Below, in pieces: positions 43,202-58,300 of a stretch of DNA of 64,000 bases. A program made the translations under genes and the position numbers. Source of the stretch: Octopus vulgaris (lineage: Eukaryota); contig OX597814.1 of NCBI GenBank assembly GCA_951406725.2, forward strand, positions 92,256,001 through 92,320,000. The letters are read 5' to 3'. Position 1 is the first letter of the stretch, and each line of letters begins with the position of its first letter. The notes beneath the pieces are model-generated. The model was not told the origin of the DNA and ran no database searches. It worked only from the letters and a program-made list of their open reading frames with translations.

Positions 43202-43493
43202 AGTTGAAGACGGGAAGGATGACTTCCCTTTGCAAATACTGACAGGACACAGAAAGTGTGTCTATGGCCAGCTGGAGGAGTGTGTCCTCCTGGGGCTAAA
43301 AACTACAGTAGCATCCACCCTTAGGGGTTAGCCATATTGAAATGGCAAAAATACGTCACGATGTGTTACCGCTACTGTATATAACTCACTTTGATATTTA
43401 TCATTGTTTGATTTCACTTTTTCAATATCAGCGACAGTGGACGCTGGAAAAAGTATAAGTATTTGTGAAGGAAATCTAATTCTCGCCGACAAC

Positions 43494-43554
43494 TATGATT
43501 GTCACACGCTGACGAGAGGTCAATACCTCGAAACTCGAGTCCGTGTGTATCATA
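43494..43554 (+). ncRNA. Type I hammerhead ribozyme
   Basis: Identical to 43141-43201; predicted cleavage after 43541. Confidence 0.9.
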
Positions 43555-43755
43555 AGTTGAAGACGGGAAGGATGACTTCCCTTTGCAAATACTGACAGGA
43601 CACAGAAAGTGTGTCTATGGCCAGCTGGAGGAGTGTGTCCTCCTGGGGCTAAAAACTACAGTAGCATCCACCCTTAGGGGTTAGCCATATTGAAATGGCA
43701 AAAATATGTCACGATGTGTTACCGCTACTGTATATAACTCACTTTGATATTTATC

Positions 43756-43811
<56 letters not shown>

Positions 43812-43883
43812 TAAAAACGGTAAGATAACAAAAGAAAGAAAGAGACCTCAATATTATGTAAATAGAGGAAATTTATCTATAAA

Positions 43884-45593
<1,710 letters not shown>

Positions 45594-47774
45594 TTGCTAC
45601 TCTGCAAAAGTGTTCTGAAGCGTGGCTTTTTCAGAAAACTAAAAAGTAGTTTCACCATCCTATTTCTTTTAAGTTTCAGCTTAACAATAATACTGTGTTG
45701 GGTGCATAAAATCGTAACTCCATGCGTGTATGATATTTTGAGTGAGAAATACTTTTGCAAAACTGTCGTATCTAAGGCTTACTGCACTTTTGAAAAATGC
45801 TAAACCGTTGAACTATACTTAGACAATTTTCATATCTTGGTATCTGAAGCAGCTGGAGATACGATAGTTTGACCAAAAGAACCGGCTATCGCCAGCAAAA
45901 TTAAATATTGAAAAAAACGCATTTGCATAGATTTTGACATACAACAGTTTAACATAATAGCAACGATATATATATATATATACAGAGAGAGAGAGAGGGA
46001 AGAGGAGACAAGGTGAGAGAGAGAATGAAGAGGTAATAAAAGATGCTGGTTTATTTGATTTACACCATCAAGTTATATATGTTATGATCTGTCAGCGGTA
46101 ACTGTAGTCTTTTCATTGCCATTTCTCCACGTGTGTTTTGAATGATGTAAGTTGTCAATGGTATGTGTATGTAGTTTTCTGATGATGCTTGCAATGTAGG
46201 TGTCCACTAAATTCATAATAACTGTTTCTGGTATAGATAAAAGGCCTCAAATTTGGGTAAGGGAGTTAGTCGATTGATTCTGCCGTAGTACTTAACTGAT
46301 ACTTATTTTTTTCCACTCTGAATGATGGAAGTAAAAGCTGCGTTCAAAATAAAAAAACGCCAGAACAAATACCGTAAATTATTTTGTCCAATGCTCTTAC
46401 GATTCTGGCAATCTTCCATAAACATTACGCTTCCTCAATTATTCGTTTTTCTTAGTACAGATATTTCTTGTAAGAAGATATAATATTTCGATACAGATAT
46501 TTCATGTATGAAAAGATTACATTTCGATATTTCGGGATTAGTAGCATTTAATAGGGAGAACGTTGAAGATGGCGTGTAGTTGTTTAACATTGACAGGTGC
46601 TGTTGCATGCTCGCTTCTTTTAGAAAATAACCCCATTGCTTTATGTAAATCTCGTTTGTTCTGTTGTTAATAAATGGATTCTGTTCATAACTGAAGATGG
46701 CATCCTTGATCCACAAGTTACCAATGTTATAATCTTTTAACTTAATGATAGCTGTAGTCTTGAGATTGCTATTTCTCCACGTGTGTTTTGAATTATGTAC
46801 GTTGTCAGTGGTGCGTGTATGCAGTTTTCGGATGATACTTGCAATGTAGGAGCCACTAAATTTACAACAGATTTTGAAACACTATCTAGGTTCTCAAGTA
46901 CGTGTCCATATTGTTAGTGGGGTAGTTAACCAGTGCACACATAGTACAAGAATTCCCTAAAATAGGGACCTGTATGCACCATATGTATGTACGTTCCCAC
47001 TCTATAGATCGCTAGGTTGATTCCTGTCCTCTCTTTAACGTACATTGGCTTGGTAGTGTTTTGACGGTCTATAGTGATAACGGTCAATAGTCATAATAGT
47101 ATTACTAGGTGCAGCATGTACTGCAGAGCTTTAGATAAAACAAAACCAACCTCAAACTTTTTATCTCAAAATACTAATCATACATTCAAACGTTGGTTCA
47201 TGGTCACAGATATATATATATGTGATACGTACAGTCGCTATGACTTATAGTCAGCGCATCATTCTTATGCAAGTGACAATACAGTGCAAATGAAATGAAA
47301 CTTATGAAAATGGAAAATGGAATATGAGTGACTTGAAAAACTGAAATTCCTAGATATATCCAACAAATAATTTTTTTTAATTTAAAAACAAAGAAACAAA
47401 TTATAGCACACATTCAATCCATGTATCACAACTATTAAAAGAAAACTAAGAATTTTTTTCATTTTCTTCACGAAATTAAATCTTATCATTGAAGCTACGA
47501 CGAAACACTCAAACCAGGTTGCTGTCTTTCCAGAAGTTTATCAACTCACATAAATGGGGGAAACAAACAGGAGCCAGGTACAAGTTACCTCACTGCTGCC
47601 TTAACATATCAGTATACCGGAGTTCTCCCTACAAGTTATCTTCGTATGAAAATTGCCTGAGGTTGGCCTAAGCTAGTATACGCAATAAATGCTCTATCCA
47701 AGTTGTCAGATTCTTTTCAATTTATCTGTATATTACATTGTAAGTTGAATTACTCACGAACTCAAATCCAGGAC

Positions 47775-48658
47775 GGTACCATCTTTCTTCCGAACATGGC
47801 TACGCGAATTTCGTCCATGCAATTCAATTTTCGACTCGTCTGTCCATAGAACATTTTCCCAGAATATATCAGATTTATCTTTATGTTCATAAACAAATTT
47901 TAAACGGGCATCTCTATGCCTTTTAGTCAACAGCGGAGTTTTTCTAGGAGAGCGTGATTTCAGTTCATTCCTATGAAGTTCATTGCTGATGTTCGTAGTG
48001 TAACACTAGTCCCTGAAGCTAACAAATCTTCTTGCAACTTCTTTCTGGTGATCATTGCGTTTTTTTCCGATTCTTCGCTTCATTTTTCTTAAAGATCTAG
48101 GGGAAATCTTGCGTGGTGCACCGGATCTTATTCTGTTTTCAACAGTTCCCGATTTTTTTATATCTTTGAATAAATGAAGATATGGTAGAAAATGGAATAC
48201 AAATGGTCTCTGATATTTTCCTGCAACTTTTACCTGCTTTCCACTGTTCAATAATTAAGTTTTTCACTGAATTTGTGAGTTCTTTACTTTTCGCCATTAT
48301 TACGATACTACTTTTGTTGTCTCAGTGCTGAATGAAGAAGCTAGTGTTTTGACACTTAAAAATGACAACTGATAAGATTATTGGAACAAACGAGAAAGTT
48401 CTAGTAAAAAAATATTATTTTAACAGTATTTTGTGGCGTAGAAAATCATAAATTTATTCTGTACGAATACTTTTTTCACCCCTAAATATTTATAATTGTA
48501 TATAAATTCATTAGTTACTATAATTTATTAGTTTCTTTTGCATATTCTTAGTTTATGCATGTGTATGCAAATATAGTATTGGTATATCCCATTTATGTTC
48601 ATTAGAAATTAAATAAAGAATTTTGATGTGTACGAATATATACCCCTCCTCCCCACTG
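47775..48658 (-). mobile_element. 5' half of a Tc1 element
   Basis: TA|CAGTGGGG terminus, repeated tgtacgaata motif, MAKSKEL start at 48297, RSGAPRKIS, WENVLWTDESKIE; truncated. Confidence 0.8.
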
Positions 48659-49778
48659 TATTTCCATATGTTGTGAACTAACCTTATATGTATTAAGCAG
48701 CTTATTGGCAAAGAGTAAGAGACTTCGTTCCGAAAATATGATACAGCTCTTAATTTACGTAAATAATATAGCAAACTCACGACCAAATTTAACTTATGAA
48801 ACTCAGAATTACACTTCGTTGCTATAGACAGAGAAATTTAAAAGCTCAAACCGGAATTAATGAAGAAGACGAAGAAATTTGAAAAAAAAAAAGTTAAATG
48901 CTATTTTACCACAAAGCCAAATTGCTTAGCATTACAATGACAAATTGCTCAGCACCACAATTAACAAGTCTTGAAAAATATTAACTTACTTCAGTGAAAA
49001 TAAATATCTTTTTAAATAATAAGAAAACCTCTCAAACTGGCTTATCTTTATGTTCATAAACAAATTTTAAACGGGCATCTCTATGCCTTTTAGTCAACAG
49101 CCGAGTTTTTCTAGGAGAGCGTGATTTCAGTTCATTTATGGACTATCAAATCACTCGATGTTAAACATCAAACAACACGTTCCATACTTCCAATATCATT
49201 TGAAAGTACCAGGGCCCTCACCATTAACCATAAATTGCAATTAAGAACAACTTTTAAGAGTAACTAGTAACTAGTAGTTCCGAGCTGAGTGACTTTGTGG
49301 AAGCATGTAGAAAATATCTCTTTAATTAATGACTATTGTGTTGATGTAGGAGCCACATGTGTTTTAAACTATAATGCGCTATGCGTATTTGTTATATCTG
49401 TGTTGTATTTGGGTGTGCATTTTTGTGTTGTGTCTAGGCATTTTTTGTTGACATACTGTTTGTAAATGTTACTCAGTATTTTCGAGCTTAAAAACCTTGA
49501 TGCTTTGTATGCTTAACAATAAAACTAATTAATAGCCTATTTGCAATGGATTTTCTGATATGTAAATGGTGTTTCATAGCTAATTTTTATGTGGTTCGAA
49601 CAGTATATTTGCTAAGCTATCTTTTATATTTTACTTGTTTTAATCACTGAATTACAGCTATGCTGGAGCACCACATTTATTTATTTCAGTATTTATATAT
49701 TTCTGAAGCACTTAGTTACGGGGAGTGAATTCAACACGGATTATCGATCAGCGGAGGAAAACACACACACATGCACAC

Positions 49779-49816
<38 letters not shown>

Positions 49817-49817
49817 T

Positions 49818-49886
<69 letters not shown>

Positions 49887-49888
<2 letters not shown>

Positions 49889-50071
49889 GTTTCTTTATTG
49901 GCCACACAGGGCTGCACACAGATGGGACAAGTTACAAGGTAGAGCTTTTCTTTTGGGGGATGAAGAGAACAAAAAACAAAAAAAAAAAAGGGGTGGCGTA
50001 GGTTTTCGATCAAGATGGATCGTAAAAGGGAAGAAAAGAACAAAAACAAAAAAAAATTGAATAAAATAAAA
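49887..50071 (-). mobile_element. 3'-UTR-only copy of the Tx1-like LINE inside (GATA)n
   Basis: gtttctttatt.gccacacagggctgcacacagat matches 54961-55020; GATA arrays on both sides. Confidence 0.85.
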
Positions 50072-50091
50072 GATAGATAGATAGATAGATT

Positions 50092-50253
<162 letters not shown>

Positions 50254-50264
50254 TAGATAGATAA

Positions 50265-50341
<77 letters not shown>

Positions 50342-50739
50342 CGAGAGTCATTCACAGTTTCCAGATTCACTCACAAAGCATTGGCCGGCCGGCGTTAGAG
50401 TAGAAGACCTTTGCCCGACATACAGCGCAGTGGGACTGACGCGGAACACGCTTACAAAGCGAGCTGCTTGATCTCAAGGTCATCCCTGTATCTCTGCCAA
50501 TAACATCAATGTATTTAAATGTCTTTGTTACTTATTATGTACATCTTAAAATTGATAATTTGATAACTAAAGGATAAGAAACGTGAATACAATACAGGCT
50601 AGGTCGCTGAGTTACCGATTGCAGTACAGCTAGAGTAACTACAAAGGTCTGCCTTTGCACTGTTCAGGCTTTAGAATTATTTTGTTTTACGCATAAATTG
50701 CCAGCAAGTCAGTGGTAATATGCGGACTATTTTTCCATC

Positions 50740-50829
<90 letters not shown>

Positions 50830-50866
50830 CATCTCTCTCTCTATCTATCTATCTATCTCTATCTAC

Positions 50867-50913
<47 letters not shown>

Positions 50914-51059
50914 ACCATACATACATCTGTTTGCGTGCGTGTGCATGTGCATGTGTCAGCATATGCAATTTGCACGCGCATGTGTTTGTGTGTGTGTGTG
51001 TGTGCTGCGGGACAAGTCAGTTATAGTTCTGGTTTCCGCCGCTAGAAGCCACTTAATGC

Positions 51060-51695
51060 AATCCTCAGGCATCAATCTGCCGACCGGTGTCATCATCTGA
51101 AGTCGTACAGCCACGTAGTGCGTCTTTGTTTTGCAGTGCTTCTCCTTGTACGGTGATTTTTGCGATGGCTAAAAAGAAAGTACAGTGAAATTCCATGAGC
51201 AAAACACAAATTTAGGAGTGGTTTCCACACTTTAAGAATAGTCACTTGTCGCTTGAAGACCAACCTCGTTTAGGGCGACTGTCAACCTCTTGAACGAATG
51301 AAAACATCAGGAAAATTCATAAATTGATCTTGGAGGACCGTCGCCGAACAATTGACGAACTTGTTGATATGACTGGTGAGTCCTGGAGCTCCTGCCAACG
51401 AATTTTCAGTGAGGAACTGTGAATAATCTTCAGCGAGGAATTGTGAATAATGCAAAATTTGAGCCTTGCTTGCTCACGAAAGCAGTCATGACTGAAGGCG
51501 TGACGTGAACTGAAAGAGCAGTTGGAAATTGATCCCGACCTTTTTTCGAAGGTCATTGCAGGTAACGAAAGCTGGTGCTACGGAATTTGCAGATGTGGAA
51601 GGTGTGAAGAAAGAAACCCGAAGGCGTTAAAAGGCATCACTTCGCAAGAGTTCCAGCAGTGCTTCGAATAGTGGAAAACGCTTCTGGAACGATGC
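51060..51695 (+). mobile_element. Decayed, internally deleted mariner element
   Basis: EWF..FK....LEDQPRLGR, EDRRRTIDEL, KVIAGNESWCYG remnants. Confidence 0.7.
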
Positions 51696-51717
51696 ATGTA
51701 TATATGTATGTACATTT

Positions 51718-51753
<36 letters not shown>

Positions 51754-51864
51754 TCTACTTTATATCGTTTCCGCTCACTCACACACATTCATTCTCTTTC
51801 TCTGTATAGTGTACGTGAGTACTTACACACACATGCGCGCGTGCACACACACACACACACACAT

Positions 51865-51895
<31 letters not shown>

Positions 51896-51975
51896 AATGT
51901 GAAACAAGGTGGAAAAAAGAGTACTCAAATACCAGTGGTAGAGTAATATGCTTTATTTTAAGCAGCAGAAAATTC

Positions 51976-52081
51976 AACAAAATCTGTTACTCTGAGTTTC
52001 TCGTTGCCGTTCATCAGACAGTTTTTGCTAGCAAAAACTGTCTGATGAACGGCAACGAGAAACTCAGAGTAACAGATTTTG

Positions 52082-52083
<2 letters not shown>
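51976..52083. repeat. Perfect 108-bp palindrome with no spacer
   Basis: Centre GCT|AGC between 52029 and 52030; arms exact. Confidence 0.95.
52038..52075 (+). ncRNA. Minimal type I hammerhead motif (mirror copy 51984-52021 on minus)
   Basis: ctgt-CTGATGA-a cg gcaa cg a-GAAA-CTCAGAG-TA-acag; GUA site at 52069-52071; very short stem II. Confidence 0.7.
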
Positions 52084-52114
<31 letters not shown>

Positions 52115-52118
<4 letters not shown>

Positions 52119-52492
52119 GCGGGAGTGGCTGTGTGGTAAGTAGCTTGCTTCGTAACCACATTGTTCCGGGTTCAGTCTCACTGCGTAACCCCTTGGGCAA
52201 GTGTCTCCTACTATAGCCTCGGGCCGACCAAAGCCTTCTGAGTGGATTTGGTAGACGGAAACTGAAAGAAGCAAGTCGTATGAGTGTGTGTGTCTGTTTA
52301 TGTGCCTGTGTTTGTCCCCCACCATCGCTTGATAACCGATGTTGGTGTGTTTACGTCCCCGTAACTTCAGCGGTTCGGCAAAAGATACCGATAGAATAAG
52401 TACTAAGCGTACAAAAAAGAAGTCTTGGGGTTGATTTCATCAACTAAAGGCGGTGCTCCAGCATGGCCGGAAACAAATAAATGAATAAAAGA
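52115..52492 (+). mobile_element. SINE family B
   Basis: ggagtggctgtgtggtaagtagcttgc head; full body. Confidence 0.85.
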
Positions 52493-53435
52493 ATATAAAT
52501 ATATATACGCACACAACATTTGAATCGTGTCGAACGAGTTAGAAAAATGTTCTTATACGTGTTATGAATTACGTGTTATGATTTACGGAAACTGAATTTT
52601 TATCTCGTCACTCGACTTTCATAGAATTGTGATCGTTACTCGACAACTGTAACAAAGAAATTTACAAGTACATTTATATTACTTGATATGAGTGCAGTCC
52701 CACGATTGTGTAAGTTCAAAATTAGCTTAAATATCAATCAGCCATACAAAACTCTTCAATCGAAAATAACTGTTAAGAGAAACTAAATTCATATTCCGAA
52801 CTTAATCCGACTAATGAAAGATTTGAAATCGTTTATATCTTTTGGGAACATATGTTGTTTTTCAATAGGTAAATATAGCAGACAATAACCAAACTCAAAA
52901 AATACTCTAAAACAAACATGAATATGAAACCGCACCCACACCGACGAACGTAAATGTACTACCAAACCGAGTCGTAACAATTTTCGTCTGAAAATGACTT
53001 TGTATTTTATGTGTATTATAAATTTGAATGTTATGATAAAAGTTTTCTGTGTGAGTCGGGTTCTATGTGTATGTATTGAGCAGTTGTTTGCATTCGGGTT
53101 TTGCTGTGTGTATATCATAGTTAAGTGGTAATGGATAAAATATTTAGAATTTGATGTTGGTCAGAGTGAAAGATTCCCCACTGGTGGTGGATTTTGTATG
53201 GCTCATGAATATTTTAGCGAATTAAAGTTTTGAATAAACTCTACCATAAGACAGCATCCACCAGCAGATATAAATGTAGTAGTAGGCGGGTGAAGATCGC
53301 AGTGGCATAAAATTCAAGTCGTAAGATATACATTCAATTTCAGTAACGCATATATTTTATAAAAAGTATTGAGCACACACTTCACATTCGTTGGACACGC
53401 TTCAAATTTCGTATATATATATATATATATATATA

Positions 53436-53578
53436 CATGTTTCTATGTTCCTTTCTATGGAAGAGCGTAGGCTCGAAACGTTAAAGACGTTTTCACTTCC
53501 CGAGCGTCATACTAATACATCAGTTTGTTGCCTACACCACCTGTCTTTTGTATTTGTTTTTGTGAATTCGTGAATTCC

Positions 53579-53580
<2 letters not shown>
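53436..53580 (+). mobile_element. (TA)n-embedded repeat with hammerhead-like motif (53451-53486)
   Basis: cttt-CTATGGA-a-gagc gtag gctc-GAAA-CG-TT-aaag; stems I and II intact, core altered. Confidence 0.5.
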
Positions 53581-53628
<48 letters not shown>

Positions 53629-53829
53629 TTTGATTCCCTCTTTCTCTGTCTCTCTTTCTCTCTCTCCCCTGCAACCTGCTGCTTCTCAACCATTTCGTTG
53701 GCGATCGTATCTCGCCAACATGTGTATGTGTCCCCTCTACCGAAAAGGTAATTATTTCTACGCCAGCTGCTATGTTGTTGTTGTTTTTGTCTCATTTGGT
53801 CTAAAGTCGTAAGACAACCACCGTTATAT

Positions 53830-54112
53830 ATATTTTGTTTAACCATTACCGTTTTCAATTTCGTTTTCGTCTCTCGTATTTACATCCGTCTCGTGCGTTT
53901 ACATTCGTGTCTTCTACCAAGAAATCTAATGCCTACAGCTTAGTTTTTTTTTCTTGGGGCTGGCCGAGTTGGAGCAAATATCAGAATTGAACAGCCGAAA
54001 TTTGCGATGATGATTCGGTGTCTGACTGAAGATTGAAGGCTTCGAATGATTTGTCTGTGTTCCGTGTTTGTCCCTTCCTGTATTTCACGTTCTTTATATA
54101 TAAAATATTTAT

Positions 54113-54115
<3 letters not shown>
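53830..54115 (+). repeat. (TA)n-adjacent repeat, homologous to 8130-8415
   Basis: Shared sequence blocks, both followed by (TA)n. Confidence 0.55.
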
Positions 54116-54181
<66 letters not shown>

Positions 54182-54608
54182 ATTTATACATATAGATGTA
54201 TAAATCATATTTAATAAGAAAATGTGTATGAGTGGATGCGAAATATGATAGACTATAAGTATATGTGATATATAGATTGATTCATATATACTGATGCAAA
54301 AAAAAAAAATATATATATGCATACATTCATGCACACACGCATATATACGTGTGCGTCTGTGTGTGTGTGCATGCGTGTGTGTGTGCATGCGTGTGCGTGT
54401 GTTCAGAGAAAAACAGTGATTCACATACCACCGCTGACCTACTGGCAAATTATGGGTTAGACAAATGCGGCAACTTTAAAGTCTGAACAGTACGATGAAA
54501 TTGTAAGAAAGAATTACTGTCACGCTGCATTATGATCGGTAATGCGGCCACCTGGCACTTCTTGTATTCATGTTTCTAGTCTTTTATTTCTTTATTGATC
54601 AAATTATG

Positions 54609-54698
<90 letters not shown>

Positions 54699-54850
54699 AG
54701 AGATCGAAGATATTCAAATACATTTATATTCTTGGCAGCGATGCAGAAAAATGAAACTGATGATCTATCGAAGTTAATGTAGGCAGATATTCTTGGATAG
54801 GTGGGATGAAATTTATCTCAAGTGTGGTCCTTTTAAAATAAGAGTATCTA

Positions 54851-54961
<111 letters not shown>

Positions 54962-55333
54962 TGTTTCTTTATTAGCCACACAGGGCTGCACACAGATAGA
55001 ACAAATTACAAGGTAGAGCTTTTCTTTTGAAGGTTTAAAAAAAAAAAAAGGAAGGGGGAGTTTCGATCAAAAGGGGTCGTAAAAGGAGAGATAGAGGACA
55101 AAAAAAGGGGGGTTAAAAAAAAGGGGGAGAGGAAAAAAAAAATTTGATCAATAGGGATCGTTATCACAGAAATGTCAATATGAAGTGTAAAGGGGAGGAC
55201 AGGTGAGGTTTACCCGTGGAAAGAAAAGCCTACGGAAAAGACCACGGTAACCTCGGTCAATGGAGTCACATGTTATATTTCTTTTTCTTTTTTTTTTTGC
55301 GAATAAGCAACTCTCTGTTTTCAATTTCTGGGT

Positions 55334-58300
55334 TCATAGGATTATGCTCAAGGTGGCTTCGTCATTCATACGTGCCATTCTTGCTACATTCACCCATCTT
55401 TTTTTTAAACATTCGCTAGACAAAACTTGCCTCTCTACTCTCACTTTCCTTTTCAAGTGGTACTTGAAGAAGTTGATGAGAGATTGACCAGAGAGGAAAG
55501 TGTTTGTCTCCAATCCTTTCAGACGCGTCCACCAGATACATTCTTTCGCCATAGCCACAAGGATGATGAAAATAGCTCTTCCTTCCCGTTTGAAGGAAGG
55601 AGGCGTGACAATATTGACGATAGACTCAGCTGATAAACCGACTCGTCCCACACGTGACAGCAGTTGTTCGACATAAGCCCACAGGTCGGAAATTGTTGGA
55701 CACTGCACGAGTGCGTGCAGAACGGTTTCGTCGCTCTGACCGCATCTCGGGCAGGTCGGCCCCGTGTTTCTCGAGCCGTGTCTGTAGAGCTTATCCCGAA
55801 CGGGTAGCGCTTCTCGGTAGCACTGCCCGGCCAGGGATCTCTGGAAGTTGTCCATGGGCCCTGGCCCGAAAGTCGTCCTGAACAGGCGGGTCAGGTACTC
55901 CTCGTCGACGTCCAGGTTCGCCCCGAGCTCGTCGTCGTACCTCCCCTCCACTAAACCCCTATAGAATGCTTTGGTTGTGTTGAAGTCACTCAAGGTCGAC
56001 CCGGGACGGCAGAGTTGCTTGAGAGCAACGCGACACTCGCGGTGCCATTCGCCCTTCCTCGGCCTCTTTTTGATCCACGACTGCAGTTCGGTCATGGAGA
56101 CGAGCTGCGGGAAAGCGTGCCTCACAAACGGCGACCACACCTGTTCACCGTCGTCTACATAGAGCCAGAGATGTCGCAGTCTCAGTGCGTGTCTGCGCAT
56201 CATCAACCACGGCATGCCCAGCCCTCCTTTTAACGGGTGTTGACAGCAAATGGATCGCCTGACCATCGGGACGCATCCTTTCCACAAGAAGCGAAAGAGA
56301 ATGCGTTGTAGTTTGGTGATGGTAGGGTCGGGACAAGGTACGACGGTCAGGCGGTAGTAGATGACGGACGCGATGTACGTGTTCGCCACCTCCGCCCGAC
56401 CTTTTAGGGACAGTTTCCTCTCGGCCCATTGCCGGGCGAGAGTGACCACCCTACTCGTTATCTCGTTCCAGTTCTTCTCCACTTGGAGGTCCGGACCAAA
56501 CCAGACCCCGAGCAACTCAACCGGGCCGTCGGTCCAGCGTCCCACGACGGAGGCGCTGGTGGACGGCATGGGCTTGCTTCTCCAGGTGCCTAGTCGCAAG
56601 CCCACTGACTTTTCCCGGTTGATTTTCGCTCCTGTCACCGCTTCGTAGTTTTTCAGTGTCTCGCCGACCTGCTCGATGTGCTCGTGGCTAGACACTATGA
56701 CGGTGACGTCGTCCGCGTATGCAGACACGCTCGTCCCGCATCCCAGTTCTCGCGGGATGCCTCTCAAAGTTGCCAGCTTCCGCAATAATGGCTCGAGAGT
56801 CAATACGTATAGAAGCGACGAGAGGGGGCATCCCTGACGGACCGAACGTGCGATGTCGAAGGGTCTCGATAGATGTCCATTCACGCGAATTACCGAACGG
56901 ATGCCTCTGTACAAAGCGGCTATCCAGGAATGCTCCCGTTTTGCTGCCAGTTGCAGTACACCGCCGCCAAGAGATCTCCAAACAAGACTGGCATACAATT
57001 GTAAAGCTCGTAGGGTAGACCATCCAAACCCGGTGATTTGTCCCCCGAGCATTCTGCCATCGCTTCCTGCACTTCCGCCGCCGTGATGGCACCTTGGCAG
57101 CACCCTGCCTTTCTTGTCGAGAGTCGTGGTAGGCTATGTAGGTAGGCACTGAAGTCCACCCTACGTTCTTGCCCTCCACTCGTTCCGAACAGTCGGGCAA
57201 AATGCTGCTGAAAGGCCTCACACATTTTACTTGGCTCGAGCAATTCGCGCCCCTGTTCATCTACCAGGAACCGAAGGGTGGCTTTGTTGCCCTGTTGCGC
57301 CTCTGCCACCCGGGCCTCTCTCGCGGCTCCAACACCTTCGTTCCTTAGAGCACGCATCCTAGCTCTGACAGCACATCCTTCGTGTTTGGCGTTGAAGTGT
57401 TGGTCGAGGGCCAACCTCGCCGCCAAAACGTCGGATGCGATGCCGCTTCTAATTGCCTCTTCTAGCTTCTTAACTAGCTCACCCACTACTCTATTTCTAT
57501 CTATGGCTAGTGCTTTGCTGTACCTAATCGCTTCTGCTTTTACTGCTCTCTTGAGGGCAAACCACCATTTGTTGTTGATGATGGCTCCCGTCAAAGCCCT
57601 CTTTACTAGTGTGCTAATCCGGTCTCTGAAAACCTGTCTCGATGGGAAAGACGCGTTTAGTTTCCAGTATCCGGGACCCTGCCTAAGTGTCTTACCTAAG
57701 TCTAGCGTACATGTCACAAGTTTGTGATCCGTGTAGCTGACTATGTGGAATTGTGGACATCCTATGCTATCTCTGTCTACTGTCCTACACAGTATCCTAT
57801 CTAGATACGATCTCGACGACCCGATGCGGTTGCTCCATGTCCACGTTGGCGCATTCGGGTGGTCTAGTCGGAACCTGTCAGACAGTTGAAAGCGTCTGAG
57901 CAGGTCTCTGAGACATTTGCATCCCCGTCTATTCCTATCTCTACCCACGTAGTCTACATGCGTGTCCAAGGTAACATTCCAATCCCCCACTAAGAGTAAA
58001 GGACGAGACGTTCCCAAGAATACTTCTAGACGTTGAAAGAAATCCGCCCGACCTGATACGAGTCGAAAAGCGCACCCATTGCTGCCGTCGACATCCAGGA
58101 CGACCAGTCTACCCTCCGGGTCTACGAATGTCGTCCTTACTTTGAGATCCAGGCTCTTGTGAAAAAATGCCGCGGTGCCACTACCGCCCATTCTCGGCAG
58201 ACAGGGGGGAAAATAAATGTTGAACTGTCCGCCAAACATGGTCTTTAGGGCCCGCGGATTGTGGAGTCTGGTCTCAGTTATGGCTATGATTTCTAACTTA

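Larger units (their letters stand above)
42297..43758. mobile_element. Retrozyme-like array of a 353-bp hammerhead-containing unit, tandem and inverted
   Basis: About 2 units on minus (42297-42958), about 2.25 on plus (42959-43758); 353-bp period also shown by identical ORFs at 43051 and 43404; (TA)n at both ends. Confidence 0.88.

Noticed and set aside
43051-43595. Two identical 63-aa ORFs
   Set aside because: By-product of the 353-bp repeat; non-ATG start and overlap with the ribozyme
42640-43690. TTAGGG-like words suggesting telomeric sequence
   Set aside because: Single occurrence per unit, not a tandem telomeric array
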